DNA from: a virus
Strand: one strand, 5' to 3'
Length of the DNA stretch: 64,000 nt
IMG/VR virus record: IMGVR_UViG_3300017527_000885
Shown here: positions 18,324 to 28,040 of the stretch, one piece after another
Layout of the letters: the number at the start of each line of letters is the position of its first letter
Numbering within the stretch: position 1 is the first letter of the stretch
Program-made: the position numbers and the translations under genes
The notes under the pieces: generated by a model
What the model was told of the DNA's origin: nothing
The model's input: only the letters and a program-made list of their open reading frames with translations
The model's database searches: none

Positions 18324-19405
18324 CTAGCGGGCCGTTGGATAGCTCAAATAGAAACATAGATTTGGCCTTTACATTCGACACTACGGGTTCAATGTCCCCA
18401 TGCATTTTCGAAGTCAGACGGCGTATCACAGAAACCACAAAGCGCCTGTTCAAAGACCTTCCCGGTCTCCGGGTTGCGATACTGGCACATGGAGACTACT
18501 GTGACCGCGACAAAGCCTACGTGACCCAATGGATAGACTTTACGGCTGACTCACCTACCGTAGTAGACTTTGTAAAGAAGGTGGGCCGGACAGACGGTGG
18601 CGACGAGGCCGAGTGCTATGAGCTTGTGCTGCACGAGGCAAACCAGTTTAGCTGGCGGGATGATGCAGAGAAGGTGCTGGTCATGGTGGGTGATGAAGTA
18701 CCCCACCGAGCGGAGGAAGACCAGAACTTTCTGCATCTCGACTGGACAAACGAGGCTCAGAACTTGGCCGGGAGAGGCATTCTGATCTATGGAGTCCAGT
18801 GTCTACGCAAGCACTGGGCCGACTTTTTCTGGAAGGGCATTGCCCAGATCGGTAACGGTGTCAGGGTCGAACTCCACCAGTTCAGCAACATCGTAGAGCT
18901 AATCCACGCCGTGGCTTACAAGCAGGCTGGCGGCGAGGCTCTGCAGGGATATGCCAACGAGCTAGAATCAAAGGGAGAAATCACCCGCGCAATCGCTGGG
19001 TTCCTGGACATTCTATCTGGCAACAAGGTGACCTATACCATAGACCACGGAGCAATAGACCTTGAGGCGGTGCCTTTGGGCAGGTTCCAGATTCTCCATG
19101 CCGATAGCCGTATCGGGATCAAGCACTTTGTGGAGGAAACCGGGGCCGACTTCAAGATAGGACACGGGTTCTACGAGCATGTCAAGAAAGAGCTTGTCCA
19201 GGAGACCAAGGAGGTGGTGTTGGTACACAAGCGCTCTGGCGATATGTTCACAGGCCACAAGGCGCGAGATATGATTGGCTGCCCCTACGGTGAGCGGCTG
19301 AAAATCACCCCGGCGTTCTTGCCCGACTACGACGTGTTCATCCAAAGCACATCCTGGAACAGGATACTACCACCTAGCACTCGACTACTATACGAGCCTG
19401 TATGA
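18320..19405 (+). CDS. von Willebrand factor A (vWA) domain protein
   Basis: MIDAS-like motif FDTTGSM near the N-terminus. Overall vWA pattern (VAILAHGDY...GGDEAECYE...VLVMVGDEVPH). Confidence 0.6.
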   Translation: MTSGPLDSSNRNIDLAFTFDTTGSMSPCIFEVRRRITETTKRLFKDLPGLRVAILAHGDYCDRDKAYVTQWIDFTADSPTVVDFVKKVGRTDGGDEAECYELVLHEANQFSWRDDAEKVLVMVGDEVPHRAEEDQNFLHLDWTNEAQNLAGRGILIYGVQCLRKHWADFFWKGIAQIGNGVRVELHQFSNIVELIHAVAYKQAGGEALQGYANELESKGEITRAIAGFLDILSGNKVTYTIDHGAIDLEAVPLGRFQILHADSRIGIKHFVEETGADFKIGHGFYEHVKKELVQETKEVVLVHKRSGDMFTGHKARDMIGCPYGERLKITPAFLPDYDVFIQSTSWNRILPPSTRLLYEPV

Positions 19406-19977
19406 AACAATCCATGCAAGTGCTGGTCTCACACGAGACTACCGAATGGTATACTCCACCTGAATGGATAGAGAGATGCCGCAGGGTCTTGGGTCGCATT
19501 GACCTGGACCCTGCGAGTCATCCTGTGTGTCAGACTTGGATTCAGGCCGAGAAGTACTACACAGAGAAAGATGATGGGTTGTCCAAGACATGGAGCGGTA
19601 GAATTTTTTGCAATCCACCGTATGGGAAAACCGGAAGCAAAAGCAATCAACATATCTGGGGCCAGTACCTGGTCGATGAAATCAGGATTGGGAATGTAAT
19701 TGAAGCGATCTTGCTGACCAAGACGGTGCCAGGGTACCAGTGGTGGGATGATATGTTCAATGGGCTTTGGCCTGGGCCAGTATGTATCACGCGGGGCCGC
19801 ATACCCTTTGTCAGGCCCACGGATGTACTGTTATCTCCGGGTGGTGCGGTAGACCTGGGGGCATATGACCCGAGAAAGCTGAGTAAGGCTGCATCCTCAT
19901 TCTGGTACTATGGCCCACACACCTATGCTTTCCGCCGAGAGTTTCAAACAGTTGGGAGGGTGATTGATCCGAAATGA
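19402..19977 (+). CDS. DNA N6-adenine methyltransferase (phage Dam-like)
   Basis: Catalytic motif IV NPPY (RIFCNPPYGKTGSK). Small size, typical of the phage Dam family. Confidence 0.6.
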   Translation: MKQSMQVLVSHETTEWYTPPEWIERCRRVLGRIDLDPASHPVCQTWIQAEKYYTEKDDGLSKTWSGRIFCNPPYGKTGSKSNQHIWGQYLVDEIRIGNVIEAILLTKTVPGYQWWDDMFNGLWPGPVCITRGRIPFVRPTDVLLSPGGAVDLGAYDPRKLSKAASSFWYYGPHTYAFRREFQTVGRVIDPK

Positions 19978-20233
19978 GAAGCGTGATAGTGCGCATAATC
20001 GAGCTATAGGCACAACACAAAAACACCTGGCGCGATAAGCCCGAGCGGTATTGGTTTTTCTCCCTGCTGGAAGAGTTCGTAGAACTGGGCTTTGCTCTTA
20101 TTGGCCTACACAAAGGGCCTGTAGACTGGGAGCTACTGCAAATCTCCACAATCTGTGCAAACTGGATAGAGTATCGTGAAGAAAAAGGGAAATAACGCAC
20201 TAAAGCACATGCTGATTCAGCAGTTTCTGGCTA

Positions 20234-20629
20234 ATGCTGGATACCGGGTTGAGCAGAAAAGTGGGCGAAGGATTAAAAAAGATGCCAATAAGAGGCTGTG
20301 AGGGGTTTGTAGATTACGACATTGTTACGATGGTAGGAAACTATTTCCATGAGCGTGGTCTGAAGTGGCCTGAGAACGCTGACGAAGCCCTGATGTGGGC
20401 ACAGACCGAACTTGCGGAAGCCTACGAACTCCTGTTAGCCCGTAAGGGTGGATGGACTCGGAACAACCCAGAAGAACATCCCCCATTCGACAACCAGAAA
20501 CTGGCCGAAGAACTGGGGGATGCTATTATGATGATCATTGTTGCAGGTATCGTTGAGGGGATTTTTCCCCTAGCTGCCCTGCGCCGAAAGATCGAATGTA
20601 AGCTAGCTCAACTCAGCGATAGCAGTTAG
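20234..20629 (+). CDS. MazG-like nucleotide pyrophosphohydrolase
   Basis: EAxE-type motifs (TELAEAYELL and AEELGDAIMM). The true start may be the internal ATG (MPIRG). Confidence 0.45.
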   Translation: MLDTGLSRKVGEGLKKMPIRGCEGFVDYDIVTMVGNYFHERGLKWPENADEALMWAQTELAEAYELLLARKGGWTRNNPEEHPPFDNQKLAEELGDAIMMIIVAGIVEGIFPLAALRRKIECKLAQLSDSS

Positions 20630-23600
20630 TACTTGCGGCTTGTCGTGAACCTCCCATTCATCGCCGCGCCAGCGGTACATCGCTAGACCTACACACTGGT
20701 TGGCCCCATTGCTACTATTCCAGTCCAAAGCCCGGTCATAAGCTGCAAGCACAACCTCTCGCCCGCGCTCGTCATTCACCCAGCCCCACTCAGGTTCAAC
20801 CTCGGGGTACAGGTGGTTCCACTCAGAAACCACGAAGGGCAAGTTAGTGGCCCACCCCGGCAGATATGGGAGCAGGTCGGTACAACACCTCAGATAGTTC
20901 AGCCCCATTCCTAGAAGCGGGGCGTCCTGAAACTCATCATCACTCCAACACAGAGTCCTGTCAGGCCCCCGAATGTAACCATGCAAGTCTATGTAGTCAG
21001 CACCATCTATTGCCTCCCACATTTCCTGGAACCAGATTCGACTGTCGCCAGCCTGCCCATTATATGGATCAATCGCTCCCGGCGAAAGCCGTGTCACGTC
21101 AGTGTTGTTATATATCTGGTTGTATATCTCAGCAAAGTAGTCTGGCGTGACCGTGTGTCCAACAGGCCACTCTCGGGGGTTATTCATCTCATTGGCGATT
21201 GTCCAACCCATAACTCCGTGACTGTTGTGAATGGTGTTCAGACAGGCTGTTACAAAGTCATCCGCCTGATCTGGCCTGGGCAATGTGCCCTCGCCAGTTT
21301 CTGTACTCCACCCAAACCGGAGATTGACATATACATCTATCCCGGCCTCAAACTCAGCGGTAAAGTCAAGCACCCGTTCATGAGGGCCGATTGCCAGTGG
21401 TACATACAGCAAACCAAAAGGAGCATTAGCTATCATCCAGTCGCCCCCTCCCTGTTCATCCGGGTCATTCAATCCAACCCTAATGATGGTGGGGTCTGGG
21501 TCTGGCGGGTCTGGCGGATTGGAGTCCGGCCACGCGATTAGCATTTCGGGATCAACATAATCCTGCTGATACTTCACATCAATGTGAAGATGATCGCCTG
21601 TTGAGTTGCCCGTGTTGTCTGGTCGGCCAAGTTGCTGTCCGGCCTGGACGCGCTCCCCAACTTGGACATACAGATCGGGAGTCAGATGGGCATAGCGTAT
21701 CGTGATAATGCCCTCATTGTCGAGTTCCGTGATGGTCTTCACCTGATACCCAAACCAGTTCTCTTGCGGGTCTACCCCGGCCATGATGACCTCGCCACTC
21801 ATGGCAGCTAGAATCTCGTCACCCCACACAGACCAGGATGACCGGATATCTAGTCCGTTGTGAACATAGCCATCTCGTAGGTTGCCAAACTCTCCACTAG
21901 CCGTTATGCCCACATTGTGGGTGTGCGTGGTGGGGTAAAGAAGCTCAACGCCCATTCTGAGTAATTCGGCCGCAACAAACCTTCCTCGCAACTGATACTC
22001 GGTTCCCCCCTTCATCGGCAGATAATCCGCGCCTGGATAATGCTCCTCGAAGAAGCCCTCTAGATCATCCTGCCAGTCTTCTGGGTTGATAGCAATGATG
22101 CGCCTGTCCTCTAGGGCACCTATCCCAGCATCATCGGCACTGTTGCCAATGGTGTATCTCCAAGTATTCCACGACGCATCGACAATGCGATTTACTAGCC
22201 CCTCATTTCCTAGAGGGGGCAGTAGTACATATACCCTAGAGTACTGTTCGCGTGGATAGCCTGGGCATTGTGTGCAGTCCACCGGAGGCTCTGGGTCTGG
22301 CGGATCAGGAGAATCCCCTTCTGGAACAGGCGGTAACACCCGGTCCTTCATCGCTATAACATGATCTACAAACAGAGAAAGTGATGGGTCATAATCTACG
22401 CCCGCATCATCCCATGCCGGAGTCGGTGAGAAGGTGAAGGGCTGGCCCGCGAGTATCCACCACTTCTGGCCTGCTATCTCGTCCCACCACGCGAACCGCT
22501 CTACAATCACGCTCGGGTCATACCCCTCGCCCGTGTAGGCATCACCATACCACTCAGAGTTCAGGGTGAGTACCTGTTCGCCGCGCTGGTGAAGTACCTT
22601 GAACCAGTGTTCCAGGCGATAGTGCAAGTCTCCTGCACCAGTTTCATAGTCATACCCCAGGTCAATTGGCACGCCAGGCTGGGCTGGGCCTTCGTGTACA
22701 CAAAAGATATGCCCACCTTTCTGTGCTTGCTCAAACACCCCAGTGTTGATAATTGGCTCTATCATCTCGAGTTCCGGGTTGCCCGTAGCAAAGCTAAAGA
22801 TACCGATACGGAACCCTTCCCGCTCTGCTATGGTCATGCAGTGCTTCATCAGTTCTGCCAGGCGGACATAGGTCTCTACTGGCACCCCAGCACCCAGCGG
22901 CTCGTTTATGACCTCAAACCAGTTGACCTCGTTCAGTAGCTCGGGGTCAATCGCTATAGCCTTTTGAATGATAATCCCGATTACCTGCTCCGCATAGGCC
23001 TCTAGGTCGGTATCGGGGTTGTGGATAGCAGGCACGCCATCCAGATCGTGGGCAAAGCGCCCTACCAAAAGGGTCTCGGGACTACCCGCTCTAACATCTA
23101 GCAGCCACCCCAGGTCGTCTACAGCCTTGACCGCGACTATCGGTGCTCCGGCCTCGGCGGCCCGTATGATCTCGGGAACCGCCTTCGAGTAGCAGGCATG
23201 GGGGCCAAACAGGGAACCACTAAGTTCTGGGTAAGGCCAGGTCTTCGGAGAAGTTATCTCCACAGGAGGCTCGGGAGGCTCTGGTACGTCCCCGAGCACT
23301 ACCAGCCAAGCATCATCCCAGTACACATCATTGTGCTTGAAGGGCATGATGGTGCGCGAGTGCAAGAATACTGTTACAATATCATTCTCGGCCACAGCCT
23401 CCACTTCCCGCAGGGTCACATAGCCATTGTAGCAGTGCTTGCCACCCGACCAAATGACATTGGGGGAGTGTGGATCAACCCCACCCGTTGGGTCTATTCC
23501 AACCCAGAAGGTAATGTTGGAGTCATTGATGTCCAGCCCCCCTTCGCCCTCATCATATGCCACAATGCCAAACCCAACATGCTCTCCCTCTGACCATCTT

Positions 23601-24010
23601 GGATCATCAGGGTGTGGATACCAGTCAGGGTGCGCGGGGTCCAGGTGATTGCTCCAAGCTTGTGGCCTGGCTGAAAAGCGGACAGATGTGCCAGAGCCAA
23701 CATTCACCTGCTGTAGAAAGCCTGCGTCATGCTTGCGGTTAAAGGTAAATAGGTGGATTGCCTTTTGTCCCTGATACACACGTGCAGGGTCCTCATGAAT
23801 CCAGGCATCCCTTATTTCTGGCTGATCCCATACGTCCGGGTCGTGGGAGAACCAGGAAAGCCAGCCAGGGGGAGTGAAGATACTCCCGCGCTCAGCGATA
23901 TATCCCGGCCCGGTTGGGTCAAGGTCTGCGTCGACCGGGAGAATTAGAACCTCATGGTCATCAGCCCACTCGGTCTCAAAGTCCCCGTTTACTAAAAGAT
24001 TCTCCGCCAT
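20603..24010 (-). CDS. multidomain cell-wall hydrolase: N-terminal CBM4_9-like module, two GH clan-A-like domains, M23 peptidase
   Basis: LLVNGDFE start typical of CBM4_9. NEP motifs (FEVINEPLG and TIANEMNNP) typical of GH clan-A catalytic acids. M23 motifs HNGLDI and GNSTGDHLHID. 1135 aa. Last gene of the long - operon. Confidence 0.6.
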   Translation of the reverse strand: MAENLLVNGDFETEWADDHEVLILPVDADLDPTGPGYIAERGSIFTPPGWLSWFSHDPDVWDQPEIRDAWIHEDPARVYQGQKAIHLFTFNRKHDAGFLQQVNVGSGTSVRFSARPQAWSNHLDPAHPDWYPHPDDPRWSEGEHVGFGIVAYDEGEGGLDINDSNITFWVGIDPTGGVDPHSPNVIWSGGKHCYNGYVTLREVEAVAENDIVTVFLHSRTIMPFKHNDVYWDDAWLVVLGDVPEPPEPPVEITSPKTWPYPELSGSLFGPHACYSKAVPEIIRAAEAGAPIVAVKAVDDLGWLLDVRAGSPETLLVGRFAHDLDGVPAIHNPDTDLEAYAEQVIGIIIQKAIAIDPELLNEVNWFEVINEPLGAGVPVETYVRLAELMKHCMTIAEREGFRIGIFSFATGNPELEMIEPIINTGVFEQAQKGGHIFCVHEGPAQPGVPIDLGYDYETGAGDLHYRLEHWFKVLHQRGEQVLTLNSEWYGDAYTGEGYDPSVIVERFAWWDEIAGQKWWILAGQPFTFSPTPAWDDAGVDYDPSLSLFVDHVIAMKDRVLPPVPEGDSPDPPDPEPPVDCTQCPGYPREQYSRVYVLLPPLGNEGLVNRIVDASWNTWRYTIGNSADDAGIGALEDRRIIAINPEDWQDDLEGFFEEHYPGADYLPMKGGTEYQLRGRFVAAELLRMGVELLYPTTHTHNVGITASGEFGNLRDGYVHNGLDIRSSWSVWGDEILAAMSGEVIMAGVDPQENWFGYQVKTITELDNEGIITIRYAHLTPDLYVQVGERVQAGQQLGRPDNTGNSTGDHLHIDVKYQQDYVDPEMLIAWPDSNPPDPPDPDPTIIRVGLNDPDEQGGGDWMIANAPFGLLYVPLAIGPHERVLDFTAEFEAGIDVYVNLRFGWSTETGEGTLPRPDQADDFVTACLNTIHNSHGVMGWTIANEMNNPREWPVGHTVTPDYFAEIYNQIYNNTDVTRLSPGAIDPYNGQAGDSRIWFQEMWEAIDGADYIDLHGYIRGPDRTLCWSDDEFQDAPLLGMGLNYLRCCTDLLPYLPGWATNLPFVVSEWNHLYPEVEPEWGWVNDERGREVVLAAYDRALDWNSSNGANQCVGLAMYRWRGDEWEVHDKPQVLTAIAELS

Positions 24011-24019
24011 CTTATTCTC

Positions 24020-25069
24020 CTATAGCGCGATCCCCTCGAGCAGTCGGGCCGCGCGGTCCTCATAAGTATGTCCAGCAAAAGCAATACGGTTTAGCTCTCT
24101 TCCAATCTCTTTCCTATCCTCCTCGCGCGGTATCCACTCTCGGATAAGTGCCTCAAGTTCCTCGGCAGTATCAAAGGTTGGAACCAGGTCGCCAAATATC
24201 TCCTCGAGTTCCGGGCGGCCCTTCTGCGATACAAAGAATGAGCCGCAACCTGCTAGCTCGTAGCATCGTGGGTTAATACTCTCCGCCTCCACAACAGTTT
24301 CCTCGCCAGCATAGTCCACACTGGTGCGGGAAAGATTCATATTCACCTTAGCACCGTTGTAGAACATTGCAGCCTCCGGGTTAGCGACAATGGCTCGATG
24401 ATAATGCTTCCCCAGTGGATGCTCGTGATCGAACGGGTATTGTCCTATCAGAGTGAAATCAATGCCATCCCAGTTCACTCCCTCAAGCATCTCGATGCGC
24501 TCTTTCCACCCGCTTCCTACAAACACAGCATCCTTTTTGTGCCTTGACGACACAATCATTGGATGATGAATCTCTGGGTCACAGGCTGTGGGGAGATAGG
24601 GAATTCCAAAGGTCCGCGCGCTTGCCCTGTCATTGGCAAACGCAAAGTCAGCAACCTTTGCCAGATAACCATGTATAGGGTCGCGGTAGGGACACTCGGT
24701 CATCACTAGGGCTGTAGGAATACCTACACGCTCCCACGTGTTCCAGGCCAGACGATGTACCTGTGTTCCGTCAATTACAACTATTAGATCGGGGAATGTG
24801 CGCATGGCCTGGAATGCGACATCGCCACTAGCCCTTTCCAGGATTCCCTGCTTGTCGACCTCTGGCTTAGCCTTGCTGTCGAAGAGACCGCGAAAAGTTA
24901 AGGTCTGGTGCCATAGGGTGACTAGGCTATGGAAGTCTATCGCGTTGGCCTGCAGGCCCATATTCCTGAAGGCGTCTAGGTAGCCTACTGCAACATCCTT
25001 TGGGCCAGATGCAGTGGCGGGAAAAACAACAGCTATATGTTTGATTGTCATGGGTCTCCTGTTTGACAT
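24020..25069 (-). CDS. putative glycosyltransferase (GT-B/CgeB-like)
   Basis: 349 aa. Weak resemblance to the GT-B C-terminal half. Context supports the call. Confidence 0.3.
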   Translation of the reverse strand: MSNRRPMTIKHIAVVFPATASGPKDVAVGYLDAFRNMGLQANAIDFHSLVTLWHQTLTFRGLFDSKAKPEVDKQGILERASGDVAFQAMRTFPDLIVVIDGTQVHRLAWNTWERVGIPTALVMTECPYRDPIHGYLAKVADFAFANDRASARTFGIPYLPTACDPEIHHPMIVSSRHKKDAVFVGSGWKERIEMLEGVNWDGIDFTLIGQYPFDHEHPLGKHYHRAIVANPEAAMFYNGAKVNMNLSRTSVDYAGEETVVEAESINPRCYELAGCGSFFVSQKGRPELEEIFGDLVPTFDTAEELEALIREWIPREEDRKEIGRELNRIAFAGHTYEDRAARLLEGIAL

Positions 25070-25100
25070 AATCGCAATATGATGTTATCATAAACGTATC

Positions 25101-25850
25101 ATGCCTATTAGATATTTACAGTGCAAAGTGTGTGATTCTACCCTCAATCCCAAAACTCAGTTTAGGGGATTTTGCAAGGCTTGTCAAGAAGCAACCCATC
25201 CATGCGAATGTGGGTGCGGCAATCCCGTCAAAAGCTGGTACCTGTACAGCGGGAAAACTCCAAAAAGAAGAAGGTTTCTTCCGAAGCATCTCGCACGCAC
25301 GCTGATCGGGAGTTCTCGTCCGTCTTTCAGCGAGGCTTGGCGAGAAAATCTGGTGCGCTCCCATACCCCCTGGTCGAGAGAGGAAGACAGGCTGCTTGTT
25401 AGCCTCTATCCCCGCCTGGTATCCAAGAAGCTTCGGGAGTTCTTTCCCAGATTTACCGCCCAGCAAATTGCGGTTCGGGCCAATCACCTCGGAGCCAAAA
25501 AGACCAAGCAGGCCCTGAGTGAGGCTGCAAAGGCAAACATGAAAAGCCGCTGGAGTGGACATGTGTATAAAATCAAGGACGATGGACGCAGGGGACCAAG
25601 CTGGGGCCAGCAGCGAAGAAATGCACGCTATCGCGCGGAATACAAGTGTGAATTCTGTGGGGCCAGCGAAGATGTGCTTGGTGCCCAACTTGTAGTTCAC
25701 CATATTGTTCCCTTTAGAGAGTTTGGCGACGATTACGTCCAGGCCAACAGAATGTCCAATCTAGTTGCTTTATGTCGTCAATGCCATCCCAAGATAGAGC
25801 AGCAGATTTTTACAAACAGGGAAGGGCTATTGGCAAGCTGGACTGATTAG
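25101..25850 (+). CDS. HNH endonuclease
   Basis: N-terminal Cys cluster (CKVC...CKAC...CECGCG), then an HNH core (VVHHIVPF...N...LCRQCH). Sits on the opposite strand inside the late operon, typical of homing-type HNH genes. Confidence 0.6.
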   Translation: MPIRYLQCKVCDSTLNPKTQFRGFCKACQEATHPCECGCGNPVKSWYLYSGKTPKRRRFLPKHLARTLIGSSRPSFSEAWRENLVRSHTPWSREEDRLLVSLYPRLVSKKLREFFPRFTAQQIAVRANHLGAKKTKQALSEAAKANMKSRWSGHVYKIKDDGRRGPSWGQQRRNARYRAEYKCEFCGASEDVLGAQLVVHHIVPFREFGDDYVQANRMSNLVALCRQCHPKIEQQIFTNREGLLASWTD

Positions 25851-26641
25851 ATATGCCCATACTCTGGAGTTACGCCATTCAATTCCTCAAACAGATGTTT
25901 GTTTGCTGTCTTTTGTCTGATCCAGTCTATATATTCGTCCCAGGGCTTTTCCCAGGGATAGCCATGGTACTGGTGCATTGGCTTGACCTTCACATCAAAG
26001 ACGCACTTGCAGCCAGCGTCAAACAGTAGATAGGAAAAATGCAAATCCTCGTAGCCATATTTCCCATCGAAGGCGCTCTCATGCCCCACGAGCCTTGCCT
26101 TATCCATTGGAACAGAGAGACCATGCCCGCTCATATATTGCCAGCGCAGGACAACGGGGGTCTGCACAGGGTCCATTCTTCGGTTCCACCACGCATGGTC
26201 GAATCCCAATGAGCCATCTGAAAGCTCGGAAACGAAGGGATTGAAAACAAGCCAGGGGCCATTGCTGCTTGTGTGCCAGGGTATATGGCTCTCAACCCAC
26301 TCGGGAGGATATACCATATCATCCTGCGCTCCCAGGTACACATCTCCTTCTTGGATGTCGAGGGCCATCTGGTTGTGTGTGGCTCGACCATGGAGAGAAG
26401 GACACTCACAAACTTGGACCTTTATCTCGAATGGTGGACGATCTTGTTTGTCAAGCCACTCCCGCACAGCGCCGTTGCGCTCGACGATTACCAGAGAGAC
26501 TTCTAGTGGGGAGTACGTCTGTTGTAGAAGAGAGGCCCACGTGTTTCTAAAGGTGCCTATCTTCCAGTCTGCTGCCGCTATGTTCACGGATGCTTTCACC
26601 CGCGCCTCCTTTAGTTGCAAGATACATCCGTGCCCAGTCAA
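25847..26641 (-). CDS. putative glycosyltransferase (GT-A-like)
   Basis: EVSLVIVERNG...GAQDDMVYPP gives a DxD-like motif. Weak. Confidence 0.35.
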   Translation of the reverse strand: MTGHGCILQLKEARVKASVNIAAADWKIGTFRNTWASLLQQTYSPLEVSLVIVERNGAVREWLDKQDRPPFEIKVQVCECPSLHGRATHNQMALDIQEGDVYLGAQDDMVYPPEWVESHIPWHTSSNGPWLVFNPFVSELSDGSLGFDHAWWNRRMDPVQTPVVLRWQYMSGHGLSVPMDKARLVGHESAFDGKYGYEDLHFSYLLFDAGCKCVFDVKVKPMHQYHGYPWEKPWDEYIDWIRQKTANKHLFEELNGVTPEYGHI

Positions 26642-27236
26642 GGAATGTCCCTAAAGACATGGTGCTGTTCTTTGGAGCACGGTAAGGGATTGGTACAGAC
26701 CTAATGTTGTGATTCTTGTGTTTGAGTAGCAATTCAACCTGGAAGGCATGTGGGGTACGAGACTGAAACCTTTCCAGATTTAGACTGTCTAGACGGTAGA
26801 GCCGGAACCCGCTTGTGCTGTCGGGCAGGCCCAGCCCTGTGATACGCGAGGCAATGTTGGAAATCAGTCGGCGCAAGCCACGACCATGGAACTCCCTGGC
26901 CCCAATCACTATATCGGCCACGCCGTCAGTGTTTGCTATAACCAACTTGTTGATCCAATCGGGGTCAAAGTTCTCGCCGCTGTCCATAGTGCATGCCCAA
27001 TCGTACCCTGACTGCCGCGCATACTTTAGCCCATAAAGATACTTCAGGGGAATAAACTGCCAGGCCACATTAGGAAAGGATACAGTAGTGGCCCCCCTCT
27101 CCTTGGCAAGCTGGGCTGTGTTGTCAGTACTGTCGTCAAGAATGATGGGGTGACAGTACTCTGGCATCCCCTCTAGGAGAGGGATGATGCGCTTTCTTTC
27201 GTTGTGTGTTGGTACGACAACTGCTATTTCTACCAT
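26547..27236 (-). CDS. glycosyltransferase family 2 (polyprenol-phosphate sugar transferase-like)
   Basis: VVVPTHNERKRI...ILDDSTDNT...TMDSGENFDP motifs. Confidence 0.6.
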   Translation of the reverse strand: MVEIAVVVPTHNERKRIIPLLEGMPEYCHPIILDDSTDNTAQLAKERGATTVSFPNVAWQFIPLKYLYGLKYARQSGYDWACTMDSGENFDPDWINKLVIANTDGVADIVIGAREFHGRGLRRLISNIASRITGLGLPDSTSGFRLYRLDSLNLERFQSRTPHAFQVELLLKHKNHNIRSVPIPYRAPKNSTMSLGTFLDWARMYLATKGGAGESIREHSGSRLEDRHL

Positions 27237-27559
27237 AACCCCGCTAGCTTTGCAACAGCAGCAACTAGGGCCGCAAGCTCTGCTAGACGAACCCCCTGAT
27301 CGAATAGGCGCGCGGTATTACTTTTTTGCCCTTCCGCCAGCGTTGAAAGTGTCTCAGTGATATGCTTGTGTTCGTTGGTGGTGTGACCCAACTGCCGCTC
27401 TTCCAGCGTAATCATACGCCCACATAGTTCGTGGTGATCTTCTCGTAGTCCCTTTATTTCTGTAACTGATTCCTTGCGATAGCCCTCAATCTTTTTGGCT
27501 AGATGACCAAAATTCTGCTCAATCAACTTCTTCAACTCCGTGTTGCTAATACCTGCCAT
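27230..27559 (-). CDS. hypothetical coiled-coil protein
   Basis: 109-aa ORF. Confidence 0.35.
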   Translation of the reverse strand: MAGISNTELKKLIEQNFGHLAKKIEGYRKESVTEIKGLREDHHELCGRMITLEERQLGHTTNEHKHITETLSTLAEGQKSNTARLFDQGVRLAELAALVAAVAKLAGLW

Positions 27560-27568
27560 GCATCACTC

Positions 27569-28039
27569 CTATTCTGATGACGTTCTTGCTACTTGTAGTT
27601 GTACTGTTAGCACAAGCTGCTGTCTAAGAAAGTACGGCCCCTTGCCTGTGTCGCGGTCCATGACGGCCTCTGGCTCCAATCCTTGAGAGATATATGCCAA
27701 TGATACACCAGTAGTGCTATCCAGTGTTGGGTACTTGTCGAACTCGGCCACTATGACATCTACATCATCAACCAAGTTGGTATAAGTGTCGCCGTCTTCC
27801 TCGTACTTCCGATAAACGTATAGAGCATACTCATGCTCGGCTGCATAAAAACCCATCATGCCCAGTTGGCCGCCCTCGGGTCCGTGGGTAAAGGGGGCCA
27901 GCCGCTCCAAGACTACTGCCCGTTTCAGCCCCTTGTCAATCACTTTATGATCCGCAATAGACACGTTAGTCTTGTCGTAGTTACTTGCCTTCCGTGTTAC
28001 TGCCGCCGCCCCTTCGAGTACGCCTTTTGCTGTTCCCAT
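27569..28039 (-). CDS. hypothetical virion protein
   Basis: 156 aa. Connector-size ORF in the late operon. Confidence 0.35.
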   Translation of the reverse strand: MGTAKGVLEGAAAVTRKASNYDKTNVSIADHKVIDKGLKRAVVLERLAPFTHGPEGGQLGMMGFYAAEHEYALYVYRKYEEDGDTYTNLVDDVDVIVAEFDKYPTLDSTTGVSLAYISQGLEPEAVMDRDTGKGPYFLRQQLVLTVQLQVARTSSE

Positions 28040-28040
28040 T

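Noticed and set aside
19811-20200. 129-aa - strand ORF
   Set aside because: It overlaps the 3' end of the Dam-like gene and the intergenic region, and has no RBS. It is likely spurious.
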